Shown here: piece after piece, positions 12,456-25,604 of the stretch
Layout of the letters: every line of letters starts with the position of its first letter
How positions within the stretch are numbered: position 1 is the stretch's first letter
DNA from: Octopus sinensis
Taxonomy: Eukaryota
NCBI RefSeq assembly: GCF_006345805.1
Contig: NC_042997.1
Location: 129,270,001 to 129,334,000 of the forward strand
Direction: 5' to 3'
DNA length: 64,000 nt
The notes under the pieces: generated by a model
Seen by the model: only the letters and a program-made list of their open reading frames with translations
What the model was told of the DNA's origin: nothing
The model's database searches: none
Made by a program: the position numbers and the translations under genes

Positions 12456-13121
12456 TGATGAATAGATCAAACATCTAAAAACAAATGATCTATCCAAAAA
12501 GTAGCAGAGATTGAAATGAACGGTTTTATATTGATTTTTTTTTTCTACCCTGACAATAGTAGAATGGTTCTTCACATCTCAGTGGTTAAATATGAACTTT
12601 TGATACAAGTTGTTCTATCTAGATATCATTTCCAACAATCAATCAAGTAGGACATGACAGTGTGCTATCTACTTCACAGATGGTTAGGCTGAAATAAATT
12701 ATTATCTTACATGGCAAGAGTTACAAGTGGGTCTCAACCAAATAACCACTGTGTAAGTCATTGATGATATCATGACATTTATATAAACAAATAGCTATTT
12801 GCTGCTATAACAACCAACTGGATACAACATTTGTAACTATGGTTACTAATTTCCTTCAATGATTTCTTTTTAATATGCTATTAACTCAACAGTAGTAACT
12901 TTGCATTGATAATGAACAGAGAACCTTAAGCAATTTAGATTAATTTTAGAGTGGGTGTTAACAAAACCAGTTTAATTTCTCTATGAATCTTAGACTCATG
13001 TTGTTATCGAAGGACTGACATCAACTGTATTGGTTTCTCCTCCTCAGGGGTTTTAAACAATTTTACCAATACAGTGATGGCAGCCTAGAAAGAAAGAATA
13101 AAACAGTATAATTATACTCAC

Positions 13122-13235
13122 CAAAGGACCCCAGTATGTGTAGAGGTAACCAATACGGATTTCTGGTAGGAACTGGGAAATTGCCATTATAAGAAAATAC
13201 AAATTCAAGAAAAAATTGAACTGTTCATATAATAC
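13122..13235 (-). CDS. ATP9B: ATP9 exon, M1-M2: [38 protein letters not shown]
   Basis: 38 codons, TTTTTGCAG acceptor, GTGAGT donor. Confidence 0.98.
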
Positions 13236-13397
13236 CTGCAAAAAAAGAGTAAAGTTTCAGGAAAAGATTTCATGAGAAAGCAATTTATCATTAAAATATT
13301 CTATTGTAGAAATATTGGTCGTAACTGATGAGAAATATTGGTCTTAAATGACTACTCAACATAAAAAAAAATCAAATGGAAATTATAGTTGTGATAC

Positions 13398-13592
13398 CTG
13401 TGCCGGTGGCACGTAAAAAGCACCTACCACACTCACAGAGTGGTTGGCGTGAGGAAGGGCATCCAGCTGTAGAAACACTGCCAGATCAGACTGGAGCCTG
13501 GTGCAACCTCCTGGCTTCCCAGACCCCAGTCAAACCATCCAACCCATGCTAGCATGGGAAACAGACGTTAAACAATGATGATGATGATGATT
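13398..13592 (+). mobile_element. RTE 3'-end / SINE copy
   Basis: Well-preserved GCCGGTGGCACGTAAAAAGCAC...(GAT)n. Confidence 0.9.
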
Positions 13593-14167
13593 CACGTATT
13601 TAACAATGTGTTTGCAATGTTTCAACTATATAATCAATACCTTAATTGAAATCCTACAAGACATTTCAAGGTATCCAAAAATACCATTATCACCTACTCC
13701 TACTTTGGCTACCCCCACTATTATCTCATATCCGTACCACCACCACCCACTTCTACTATAGTTATATACACTATCATCACATACCACCATCACCAAGTCC
13801 TGCTACCAACCAGTACCATCACATTTCCTATCTTTATTGCCATAAAAGAAATGAAATGTTCCTAGTTTGAATACATTTAATCATGGGTCTAGTCAATCAG
13901 ACCTACCTAGGATTTAAACAACAGCAAGTACCATGGTCTCTGCAAGAGATAGTACCCAAATCTCCCCCCAAATCATATCTTTAAAATAAACAACACCTTG
14001 GATAATGTAGTCCTAGATACCTGTACAAATAGTTGATCATCAGACTACTAAAACAGAGTTGACTCGGAGCTAACAACTGCTATCGAAGACCTCCTCCTGT
14101 ACACTAACATATCACTCTTATAATAGTACTGATATTTCCAAAAGAGGATCATAGTATTATTTCTTAC

Positions 14168-14318
14168 CTTTGGTATGAAACTAAATACACTATACTTCTG
14201 ATTTCTGATCACATTCTTGGAGTACTTCTCCAGTGGGCCCCTCGATAAACCTATATGTATAATACGGGGCTGTAACTCTTTCTTCCTGCAACATTTTGAA
14301 AATAAAGATGCTAAACAC
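14168..14318 (-). CDS. ATP9B: ATP9 exon: CLASLFSKCCRKKELQPRIIHIG...KNVIRNQKYSVFSFIPK
   Basis: 1+50 codons, TTTCAG acceptor, GTAAGA donor. Matches ATP9B RRKKELKARTVWLG...NSIKNQKYNVFTFIP. Confidence 0.96.
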
Positions 14319-14554
14319 CTGAAATAGAAAACAAAAACAAAGATTCAATTAGCAGTAATTAAACAAAGTTATAACTCACTTTTATCACTTTTTATTGTTT
14401 CGGTCATTGACAGTGGACATGCTGTGGAAAAAAACCTTAAAGAGTTTATTTATTTGAACAAGTCACCCCTAGTACAGTAATCCCTCAACTATCGTGGGTG
14501 TTATTTTCTAAAACCTCCCACGATAGGTGAAAATCCACGAAATAGAAAGTACTG

Positions 14555-14758
14555 TACTCTCTCTTAATTGTTTCAGTCATTTTGACTGCGGCCATGCTGG
14601 AACACCGCCTTTAGTCAAGCAAATCTACCCCAGGTCTTATTCTTTGTAAGCCTAGTACTTATTCTATCAGTCTCTTTTGCCGAACCGCTAACTTACGGGA
14701 AGGTAAACACATCAGTATTGGTTGTCAAGCAATGTTGGGGACACACACACACACAAAC

Positions 14759-14854
<96 letters not shown>

Positions 14855-15020
14855 GATGGGCCTCTTTCAGTTTCCGTCTACCAGATCCACTCATAAGGCT
14901 TTGGTTGGCCCGAAGCTATAGTAGAAGACACTTGCCCAAGGTACCACGCAGTGGGACTGAACCCGGAACCATGTGGTTGGTAAGCAAGCTACTTACCACA
15001 CAGCAACTCCTGCACCTATT
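14555..15020 (-). mobile_element. SINE family A with internal (CA)n(TA)n microsatellite
   Basis: tRNA-like head at the right end. (TA)n run at about 14759-14853. Confidence 0.9.
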
Positions 15021-15365
15021 GTATTGTATATATTTTTTATAATTTGTATATACTTTATTATAAATGCAAAACAATACCACACACTCACCTCCTGAGTTTC
15101 GTTTTAAATACAGTATGTGTGATTCTTTGTTTACTCATTTACGGTACATTACATATTTTCATTTAATATATTTTAATTAATTTGTTATATGATGCAGTAC
15201 TGTACTGTATTTCTATTTATTAATTTATAGGTGTGAAAATGTTTATTTTACTACAGAAATAATTAAAATCTAAACAAATATAAATAGCTATCAGCCACAG
15301 AAACCCATGATATACTGAGGAGTCCACGATATAAATTTACATATATTAGCCAGAAAAATCCACAA

Positions 15366-15706
15366 TGTACTAAGTGAGCGATGGGTGAACCATGATGTAC
15401 TGAGTGCACAATGGTTGAACCACAATGTACTGAATGTGTAATGGGTGGACCGCGATGTGATGTACTGAGTGTGCAATGAGTGGACTGCAATGTACTGAGT
15501 GTGCAATGGGTGAACTGTGATATACTGAGTGCGCAATGGGTGAACCGCGATGTGATGTACTGAGTGCACAATGGATGAACCACAATGTACTGAGTGCACA
15601 ATGGGTGAACTGTGATGTACTGAGTGCACAATGGGTGAACTGCAATGTACTGAATGCACAATGGGTGAACTGTGATGTACTGAGTGCACGATAGGTGAAC
15701 CATGAT
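15366..15706. repeat. 30-bp minisatellite (with 35-bp variants), about 11 units
   Basis: Consensus TGTACTGAGTGCACAATGGGTGAAC(T/C)G(T/C)(G/A)A. Confidence 0.95.
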
Positions 15707-16229
15707 ATGGCGAGGGATTATTGTACTTATCTTTAAGTCTTACTTATTCTATCGATATCTTTTGCTAAACCGCTAAGTTATGAGGATGTAAACCAACACC
15801 TGTTGTCAAGTGGTGGTGGGAAACAAACACACATATTCACACACAAGCAAAACAGGCATCCACACAGTCTTTACCTACCAAATTCCTTCACAAAGGATTG
15901 TTCAAACCCCAGGTCTATAACATAAGACACTTGCTCAAGGTGTTACACAGTGGAACTGAATCCAAAATCACGTGGTTGCAAAGTGAACTTCTTAATCACA
16001 CAGCTATACCTGTGTCTTAACAATACAAAAAAAAAATGGTAAAAATTGTGTTGAAAATGTTGTTCAAATTTGATTGTTGTTTTAAGAATAATGTATAAGA
16101 AAGAACAAACCCATGTTTGTCTCTTGAATATAGATTTTGATGAAAGAATTTTATCTGAAACGATGTGTTAAAGCAGTACAGGTATTCTACCAAACACAAT
16201 AATACAGCTATGTAAACTTGGGGATAAGA

Positions 16230-17215
16230 GGCATTAGAAGTAGTGTGCAAGAGGGAAGACTGCACTGATATGGTCATGTGATGCATATGGATGAAGACAG
16301 CTGCACAATGACGTGCTGAACTCTAAATGCAGAGAGAATCAGTGAAAGAGGAAAATCTAGAAAGACATGGGACAAGGTTGTGAGAAATGATTTTGAGATG
16401 CTGAGCCTCAGAGAGATGACAAAGGACCAAGACTATTGGTAATGTGCTGTACTTGAGAAGACTTGTCCAGCAAAGTAAAAATGATGCCATATAGGCATGT
16501 CCTTTATGTCCATGCCCCTGCACACAATCTGTCCCAGACAAACCTCTCCCCAACATCCCATCTTCTTAACACTTCCCCAACTCACCCAAGTTCACCACTT
16601 GCTGTATTCCCCTCTGCTCTATCTCCCATTCTCCCTCATGGATCTAACTGCAGGCACTATGTCCCTGCTGAATCTCCTCCACACAATATATCCTCCAAAC
16701 AGGCCCTTCATCTATCTGTACCCACTCATTACATTCCCCATTTCTATCTCCCGGTCTCCTTTTGCAATTTCATGAACTTACCCACCCCTTCACTCTACCC
16801 AATCTCTGGTTTACTTCATTATATACACCTCCCTTTAACTTGGCTGTATGCCCCATCACAGCTTTACTACCTTATCTCTCTCCTCTCTTGTAAGGCACCT
16901 ATTCCTGTCCCTCTTTTCATACTCTAACTTCTCATCACTTGGCACAAAGTCATCTTCTCAATACTTTTCACTCCTCAGTTGTTGGGGGTCATGTCTTGCA
17001 AGTTACTTGGTGACCTCACTGCTGCTGGTACCACATAAAACCATCCACTACACTCTTTAAAGTTGTTAGCATCATGAAGGGCACCCAACCATAGAAATCA
17101 TGCCAAAGCAGATAGTAGAGCTTGGTGAAGTCTTCTGATTTTCCAGCTCCTGTCAAACTGTCCAACCCATGCAAGCATGGAAAATGGATGTTAAATGATG
17201 ATGAGAAGGAGAGGG
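16230..17215 (+). mobile_element. 5'-truncated RTE LINE (ORF2 C-terminus plus long 3' UTR)
   Basis: VQEGRLH*YGHVMHMDEDSC... followed by a pyrimidine-rich UTR and a (GAT)n tail. Confidence 0.8.
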
Positions 17216-17254
17216 ATGAATCATTACAATGTCAATATACATTAGGGAGTAAAG

Positions 17255-17550
17255 AATCATGGCCGATGCCAGTGCCGCTCGACTGGCTCCTGTGCTGGTG
17301 GCATGTAAAAAGCACCCGCTACACTCTTGGAGTGGTTGGCATTAGGAAGAGCATCCAACTGTAGAAACCTTGCCAGATCATATTGGAGCTTGGTGCAACA
17401 TCCTGGCTCGCCAGTTCCCAGTCAAACCATTCAACCCATGCCAACATGGAAAGCAGTCGTTTGATGATGATGATTGCTCCTACTGCTAAATGTAATTAGC
17501 AGTAGGAGCAATAATCAGCATGGAAAACGAACGTTAAATGATGATGATGA
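17255..17550 (+). mobile_element. RTE 3'-end / SINE copy with duplicated terminus
   Basis: Family body and two (GAT)n tails separated by a hairpin. Confidence 0.85.
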
Positions 17551-17631
17551 CATAAGGCTGGAAAAACACCACTTGTAGGATGGTAACACTTGCTTACAAC
17601 CATTAAGCAATGTCAAGGTAAGGAGTCAGGG

Positions 17632-17668
<37 letters not shown>

Positions 17669-18284
17669 GGGCTTCTTTCAGTTTCTGTCTACCAAATCCA
17701 CTCCTAAGGCTTTAGTTGGTTCAAAGTTATAGCAGAAGACACTTCCCCCAAAGTGTCACATAGTGGGACTGAACCTGAAACCATTGGTTGGGAAGCAAAC
17801 TTCTTATGCACAACCAATAAGCTGACATGGGTAGATTTGCTGAAACAGGTTACACATAGTGGATCATAATACTTTACAAGACAGCATGTTACTATTTTAA
17901 AACTAGGTCTACTGGTTGGTTTGAGAACTACTTAAAAAATTTGGCAGGGCAACAATATGCTATTTTCTATTTTATTTGAAAATTTATATCAATGATATTT
18001 TTGGTCGATCATTAAAATTTTTAGACAATTCAGATGAATTCTACTATGCAATATTCTTCAATATTTTCATTCATATTGTATTATGAATGCACAATCTTAG
18101 AAACACAAATCCCAGAGGCACAATAAATTTCTATGGAATTAAGTAACTTCATACATTAATTTACCAATGTTGTTCGTTTAAAGTGATGCATAATTAAGAA
18201 GAGCCACTGACATGAAATTCCATGAACTTTTTCTTCCCACTGAAATTTATTGCACCGTTGATCATCTATTGCTGATTACATCAT

Positions 18285-18326
18285 GCAAACAACTGCTAGC
18301 AAACAACTGCTAGCAAACAACTGCTA
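18285..18326. repeat. 14-bp tandem repeat x3
   Basis: GCAAACAACTGCTA three times. Confidence 0.95.
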
Positions 18327-19918
18327 ACAGCACTATTAATTATATGTTCTGAAGATGTTGCTCAAGCAATTATTACACCTGCATGTTAATATTTTAAGAT
18401 ATTTTCTTCATAAATCCAATATAAAATTTCAATGTTGTTTAGAATTAATTCTCAATTCAAAATATTTTGATTATTATAAATAATTAATATAGTGAAACGA
18501 CATTTGCACATATTATGTAATGACTGAATCCAGGATTCAGCAAAAGTTTTCCTTTAGGGAAAAGTCTTTACCATTGCAGTGTGACAAGTGTTGTTTATTA
18601 ATAAATTTACACTAGCACTAACATGCTATCTTAAAGATAAAATGATAAATTTTTCAATGTATCCCTCTTTATTTAAAGACAATAAGAGTATAAACTGAGA
18701 AATTTTTAGCTGATCTTTCTAGCACATTTAGTGACCACATAGAGGCACTCTCATATATGATAAAGTAAACCAGAAATTGTGAGCAGCAGTTATTCAGAAG
18801 TGGCAACTATTTTTAAATAAATCCCAATTATTCCAAATCTGTATCCACTAATATTCTGAGCAAATGATCAAAGTATAAAATAAAGAGGTTTTAAAAATCC
18901 TGTCTAATGGATCCCAAGAACAGAAATAAAACACTATTGCAATAAAATTTAATGTAAAGTGCACAATCCTGAAATACGAATTCACAAAACTAGTTTTAAT
19001 AATCCATACTTCTACAGCTAACCAACAAAAATAGTGTTGTAGGGTTAGGGTTAGCAGTTTTCCAGAGGCAAAATAACAAAATTACATCTGTAGATGTCAT
19101 TTATGGTGGAAAGCTGGCAGAATTGTTAGCACATTAGACAAAATGCCATCACACATTATGATCCGTGTTCAAATGTTTGGAGACAGTAAAATAAAGTGCC
19201 GGTTAAGTACTAGGGTCAATGTAATTGACTTTATTCCCCCTTTAAAAATTGCTAGCCTTGGTCACTTAGAATTTAATAAGAGTTCAATCATCATCAATTG
19301 TAGCTAATTTGAAACTACATAGAATAAAATGCACATCACATAATGTTACTGCTCCATCTTTACTTAAAGAACAAATTAAAGACATAATAGTCAGTTGTCC
19401 TTGGTTTTAAACAGATATTGCTGGTGAAAAGCATCTATTTCTGTGAGTTGGATATTACAATAAACAACAAAATATAGCTGTATCATAGATTTTAGGATTA
19501 ATTCCCATTATAAAAACTCCTGATGAAATATTCAATGTAAAAGTTCTCAGGTGGTGTGGCAACTGATATTAAAAACTGTTTTGTTATTGCAACAAACAAA
19601 CCTTCAAACCTTAGTGACATTAATAATTCTCAGCACATTCATGAAATTAGATAATGCAAACTTGATTCTCTTAAAATGCTGAAAAGGATCAACAAAGAAG
19701 CCACTACAGGGTTGCTGGACTTGTTAATAATAGCAGCCAAAATAAAGGTTACATAAGATAATGTAGACCTAGACACGCTGTCTGGGCAGAAGTAAAGATA
19801 GTGTTATTACAACCAGAATGCCTCTGAGCATAGATCTAGTCAATGAGAGTTAACAATAAACAATAACAAGACAAACTAACAAGAAAACTGAAGTCAACAA
19901 TGATATCCCTACATATTT

Positions 19919-20095
19919 GACCTGCTAGAAATAGCAACGAAATCTCATTCAAATCAAATTTAGTATCTTAAAAAAAAGGACATAAAATGTAGCCCTATAT
20001 ACTGCTAAAAGAAAAAAAACAGACTTGTTGGATGCATGCATTTTATCAAAGGTCTGGTCAATTAGGATTAACCTAGGGTTAAACAGCAACAAACA
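19919..20095 (+). repeat. Dispersed repeat family D (TAGAAATAGCA...AAATC...GGGCTAAACAACAAC); other copies near 13930, 21540, 33600, 34190, 44600, 47610, 62800
   Basis: Same motif order recurs more than ten times in the window. Class not determined. Confidence 0.7.
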
Positions 20096-21259
20096 GGTAG
20101 AAAAAGGAAATTCAAGGTGTGTTGAAAATATGGAGATATGAAAGTTATATCACTGCAACATAATATTACATAATAAAATGGTGATAATTGTACTATCCTG
20201 GCCCACCATGAAACCGAATAAGAATTCTAAGATGCAAGAACATAAAAATAGTACTTGTATATACACTTTAGCAGTGATGAAATATGCAAACATAATCAAC
20301 CATATCAATCACATTAAAATAATTATTTGAGGATGATGATGGTAATTGTTATCAATATTAGGGTGGTTAATGACAAAATCAATGTTTAGTTTCACTTTTT
20401 TAGATTCCGAGTTCAAATCCCACTGGTGTAAACTTTGTCTTTCATCCTTTCAGGGATCAATAAGATAAAGTATCAGTCAAGTACTAGGGTCAATTTAATC
20501 AACTAACCCCTCACCTCGATATTACAAGTCATTTACCTAAATCAGAAACAATGTAAGAAACAGTTAAGATGAGGTATTTAGTTTCACTCTTTCACATCCC
20601 AAGTTCAAACCTCACAAAAGTCATCATTGTCTTGTATTTCTCTGGATGATAAAACAAGTTCCAGAAATGCATATTTGGTAAATTAAAAAAAAAAAACATA
20701 CTACATTCTGTAAATATGTGACATTGTACCAAAGTTAGAATCAATCTCTTCTAAACAACAATGATATTGAAAATATCATTGTTATTAGTCTGAGATTAAT
20801 AAAATACCTGTAATATACTAGTGTCAATTTAACTGACTGCACCTTACCTTAAAATGTGGCCTTATGCCAATTTAAGAGGAAATAAGATAAAGCAGCAGTC
20901 AAATGCTGAGGTAGTTATTATCAACAGCTCCCCTCCAACTAAATTTGTAGCCTTGCAACACTTCTACTGTAGAAGACCTTGAGTATAGTAAGGCACCAGA
21001 TATCTCATATGGAATTCCTACTTACTGCATTTCTGTTTATCAAACCTGGTAACTTTCCAGATGGCAATAAAGTCCTGTCTGCTTTCTGGGCAACTAAAAC
21101 TTTTCTCTAGATTTACTTTGAGCAAAATCTGGAATTAATAATTCCAGATTTTGCTTCCATATTTAGAACTTCCCCAAAATGTTCAATAGATTCACTTGTG
21201 AGAAATGGTCATAAATTCTTCTGCTGTGGCCTAGAAAACAAATATGCTAAATTCTTCAC

Positions 21260-21480
21260 TGAACTTAATTTCTAACTATTACATTACTGACAGCATCTCT
21301 GTTCATGGCTTGTATAGACTTCAGAATCCATTTATTTACACCTAAATTTCTTAGTGTCCCCCAAACTGCTAAATGTGGTACACTGTCAAAGTTACCTTTA
21401 TGTTGATGAATGCTTACTAATAGTCTCAGTTTAACTATTCACCACTGACCCTTTAGTTTTACTTCAATCACACTATACCC
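21260..21480 (-). mobile_element. Degenerate RTE RT fragment
   Basis: Minus frame FDSVPHLAVWGTLRNLGVNKWILKSIQAMNRDAVS resembles RTE KAFDRVP...LRKLGV.EW. Confidence 0.65.
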
Positions 21481-22123
21481 CATACAATTCATCACTTCAG
21501 AGACATAGTGTAACTCAAAGAACAGATCACTGGGCCATACCTTGTCATTCAACTGACCACTTGTGAGTTAACAGAGCCAATACCTGAACTAGTAGAAAAA
21601 GCAGCCTAACGTCTTAGAAAGGAAGAACACATTGTAAGTAGTAACCCTGGATATACACAAAGATGGAATAATAACAGCTGGACTGCATTTGCTTAAGTTT
21701 ACCAGATCAGGATTGACTTGAATTAATTTACAACTTGTATGCTATAAGGTTTTCTCAAACAGGGTTGAGGTGGGACTGCATAACATGACAACTGTGTTAT
21801 CATTCTGAAGAGTGTACTTATTGTTCTTTGTAGTCTCATATTTTATGTATACATTATACATCCAATCAACCTCACCCAACCTAATCTACATTGTAACAAT
21901 ATTAACTTCAAAAGACCAAAGTTACTGTTGCACAAGGTTGTGGGAATTTATTAACGTTTTATATAAATGTCATGTTTGCAGTACACTGCTATTTATGTGC
22001 ATGATTGCTTACAAAATAATTTACACAAACAAATCAAACCTAAGTTTCATATCCACTTTCCAATGAAGCAATAGGAAGAATAGTAGAAAATTATTTGTCC
22101 ACAAACAAGCATATATGTATGTG

Positions 22124-22168
<45 letters not shown>

Positions 22169-22303
22169 TATACTGCCAGATCAGATTGGAGCCTGGTGCA
22201 GCCTCCTGGCTTCCCAGACCCCAGTTGAACCATACAACCCATACCAGCATGGGAAACGGATGTTAAACGATGATGATATATACACAAGTGTGTGTATATG
22301 TCT

Positions 22304-22334
<31 letters not shown>

Positions 22335-22479
22335 CACTCAATACTAAGTAGAATATCATATTTAATTTAACAAAGGAAAGGTTAACAGTGACTTTGGTTA
22401 CCTTCATTAGAAAGTCTGGCAAAGGGAACTAAGGCAAAACTTCCAAGCCACTGTGTGAGTATGTATAGCATTAGCATAA

Positions 22480-24110
22480 TTTAATATCTGTGTTCCATGC
22501 TGGCATGAGTTGGACAATGTAACAGGATCTCATAAGTAAGAGGACTGTACTGAGCTCCAGTGTCTGCTCTGGCATAATTTCTACAGTTGGATGCCCTTCC
22601 TAATGCCAACCACTTTACAGAGTGTAGTGGTTGCTATCTTTGCAGCACCAGCACTAGTGGGGTCACCCAGTAACTCACAAGGCAAATCTCCCCAACTGAA
22701 TGGAGGGTGCAGTATTGAGGTATATCACTTTATGCCAAATGCTGAGAGGTTAAAACACGATGGAGGGACAGGAATAGGGGTCTTGCTGTAGAAGTTACAT
22801 GGCTGCTCCAGCCAGAAAGGATGATGGATATGAGATATCAGAAGGTACCCTCAAGGTACAAGGTGATTATATGAGAGAATATGGACAGAGGATCAAGGAT
22901 GGTTAGGTTCATGAGAGTGTGAAAGGAAAGTGGAGATGGTCAGAGATGTGAGTGAATGCAGTGAGCTGTGAACACAGGTAGCAATGTGATTAATGGTAAA
23001 TCTCAGTTTGGGCAGAAGAGTAAAGATAAGAATGGGTCAAAAAGGGGTAGATGATAAGTGGCAGTATGTAAAAAGGGGTGGTGGAGTGCAACAGTAAATA
23101 AAACCATAGACAGAAGAGAAACAAAGACATGTGAAATAGGGGAGTGAGAAAGGAGCCAGGGGGAGAGACAAACAAAGTGGATATAGTGACAAACAAAAGA
23201 GGTGGGTTTCGATGGTAGATATGAGGGGTGTTCAGGGGAAACAGGCATTCAGTGGAAAATAAAGTAGTAAAGCATGATACTGAAAATGTGAGATAGGTAA
23301 CAAGAGAAGTGGTTCCATGGAAGGATAACATGTAGCACAAAAAGAAGAATAAAAAATGTGTAGTTGTGCCATCATATAATTACAGCACTTGAGTAAATAG
23401 TTCCATAGAAGAGTGATAGAAGGATGAGTGATAGGAAGATGGTTGTGAGGAAGACTTGACAGGGGAAAGTCTGGATGTAGGGCAAAGATATAAATGATAT
23501 GCTTTTAGGACTTCAATTTTTTGCTGGGATGGGCATGTCTTCAAGCACAGTGAATCGCCAATCATTTCAATCTTTTCTCATCTCCTCAATGAGGCTCAAG
23601 GACAGTGGTCAGTCTTCACTACTTCATCCCATATCTTCTTGGGTCTCCTCCTCTAACAGATTTCATCCACGTTTAATGATTGACACTCCCTTATGCAGCT
23701 GTCTGCATCTATACACATCACATGAGCATACCAGTGCAGTCTTTTCTCTTGCACACTGCATCTTGTGCCTAATTTTTCTCAATGCATTTGCACTTTGTGC
23801 ACATTGGTGTCACACATTCAACAAAGCATAGTAACTTCATTTCTGTCTAGTCTTCATATGTCCTATCCAATCACAACCCATGATTGTCTACCACATAGCA
23901 TTGCTATTTGTACACAGGAATCATACAATCTGCCTTTCACTAAGAGAGAAAGAGAGACAGAGAGGCCTTCTATTACCAACTTTCTCCAGCTGGTTCTTAT
24001 TCTTGTAATTATACTTTTAGAACATCCTCCTCTGCTATTAATTAGGTAACAGAAATTTTCTGTTACCTCTAAGGATCCTTCTAGGCATTTAAACAATTTT
24101 GTTTTTGTGT
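22480..24110 (-). mobile_element. 5'-truncated RTE LINE, about 1.6 kb
   Basis: ENFCYL...GGCSKSIITRIRTSWRK...GRLYDSCVQIAML.G (RTE ORF2), then a long 3' UTR ending in the family terminus. Confidence 0.85.
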
Positions 24111-25604
24111 GTTCTTAGTGTTTATTGTTCTTGTGCATCTGCCACAAACAAAGTCTACTTTCTCTATTAATCTTCCTGTGATTCCGTTGTACCTCTTAAT
24201 CATGCAGCCATGTCTGCTTCACAATCACAACATCCAAAGTTCAATCCCAGTTGGCAGCACTTTTGGCAAGTGTTTTCTACCATAGCCTGACTTTTAGCAA
24301 AATATTGTGAATGAAATTGGGTGGATAGAAATTGTATAAAAGCTGTACTTGTAATTTAAAGGACCAGCTTCATCACACTGATCTTGTCATTATTTTCAAG
24401 GATACAAGTGTTTGTGGAATTGTCAGCCGCTTACACATTAAAACGAGTAGGTAGTTCAGTTGATCAAACAACTGGAAAATTCACCCTGGAAACCAAAGGA
24501 AACCACACACACATTTGTATGTGCTTATGGGTATTTGTAAGTGTTTGAATTTGTGTGCATAAAAGATGTGCATGAATCCACAAATGTGTATTCACAAACA
24601 AAATACGTGTATATAAACTTAAGCACAAGTATGCATTTATGTGTTTTTATATGCATATATATATTTGTATTATTTATGAGGATAATAAGAACATTTGTAG
24701 CATAATTATTGAAGAGAGGTTTTTATAACCTTCTTTCACTAACCACTCAATTGTGCAGATGGCAGTGGTTAACCTACTTTTAATACATAGGTGAGAAATG
24801 TCTTGACTATTATATCACTCATACAATACAATGGCTGTAGCAAGGTTAATCTGACATCTGACAGCTTATATTCCATCCTGGAGAAGACAACACAAAGAAT
24901 TATATATATATATATATATATATAAATGTGAGAAAAATTACATCATATAATATTCTTTTCTTCTTTTATTGATTTCAGTCATTGATTGGACAGCAGCTAT
25001 ACTGAGGTACCACCTTCAATTTTTTTTTTATTCATTACTTTCTAAATAATATACCTAGTAGATATTTCAATCCAGTAATTATTTTATTGGGCTATTTATG
25101 AAATAACTAAGTTAGCTTTTAGCATAAAGGAATGCAATTAAAAGCAATGTTTTCCACCAGGCTAACCTCATGTATGAGGAACTTCTCTCAGTTTTTGTTT
25201 TCCAAATTTCACCCAGATATTATTCAACCTGATGTTGACCAATAGAAGACACCTAAATTACTGTACATTGGGACCGAACTTAGTATCATCTGGTAACAAA
25301 GCAAGCTTTTGTAACAGGATATGTAATTCTTTTAGTATTGTATAGAGAGGGATATTGAAACTGGATTTTCAAGCATTAAATTAATTACTGAAAGTACATA
25401 GGAATTAATTCTATAAAAGAAAATATTTCTAAACATACTCTAAAACAGGACACTCAGTTCTAATAACTAAAGAATAATTCTCTCTACACATGACTACATT
25501 CTCTATACTCTGCTACATTCACTAAACTTATTCTTATTCCTTTTCTTCTTTTTAGCATGTGTCTGTGTAACAAAGAAACAGAACTTTAGTACTGTATTAC
25601 TGTT

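Larger units (their letters stand above)
14475..15723. mobile_element. Tc1/mariner (Tigger/pogo-like) non-autonomous element
   Basis: TIRs CAGTAATCCCTCAACTATCGTGG and (reverse complement) CAATAATCCCTCGCCATATCATGG, each flanked by TA. Confidence 0.8.

Noticed and set aside
14712-15042. YIYIYI-rich ORFs (also near 22021-22422, 26123-26666, 53941-54213)
   Set aside because: Translations of (TA)n/(CA)n microsatellites inside SINEs.
15263-15703. Three overlapping long ORFs and a CRISPR-like 30-bp periodicity
   Set aside because: Units are contiguous with no unique spacers, and there are no cas genes in this eukaryotic context. The ORFs are a by-product of a stop-free minisatellite.
19039-19054. 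Telomeric TTAGGG repeats (also CCCTAA at about 29498-29511)
   Set aside because: Only about two units, too short to indicate an interstitial telomere.
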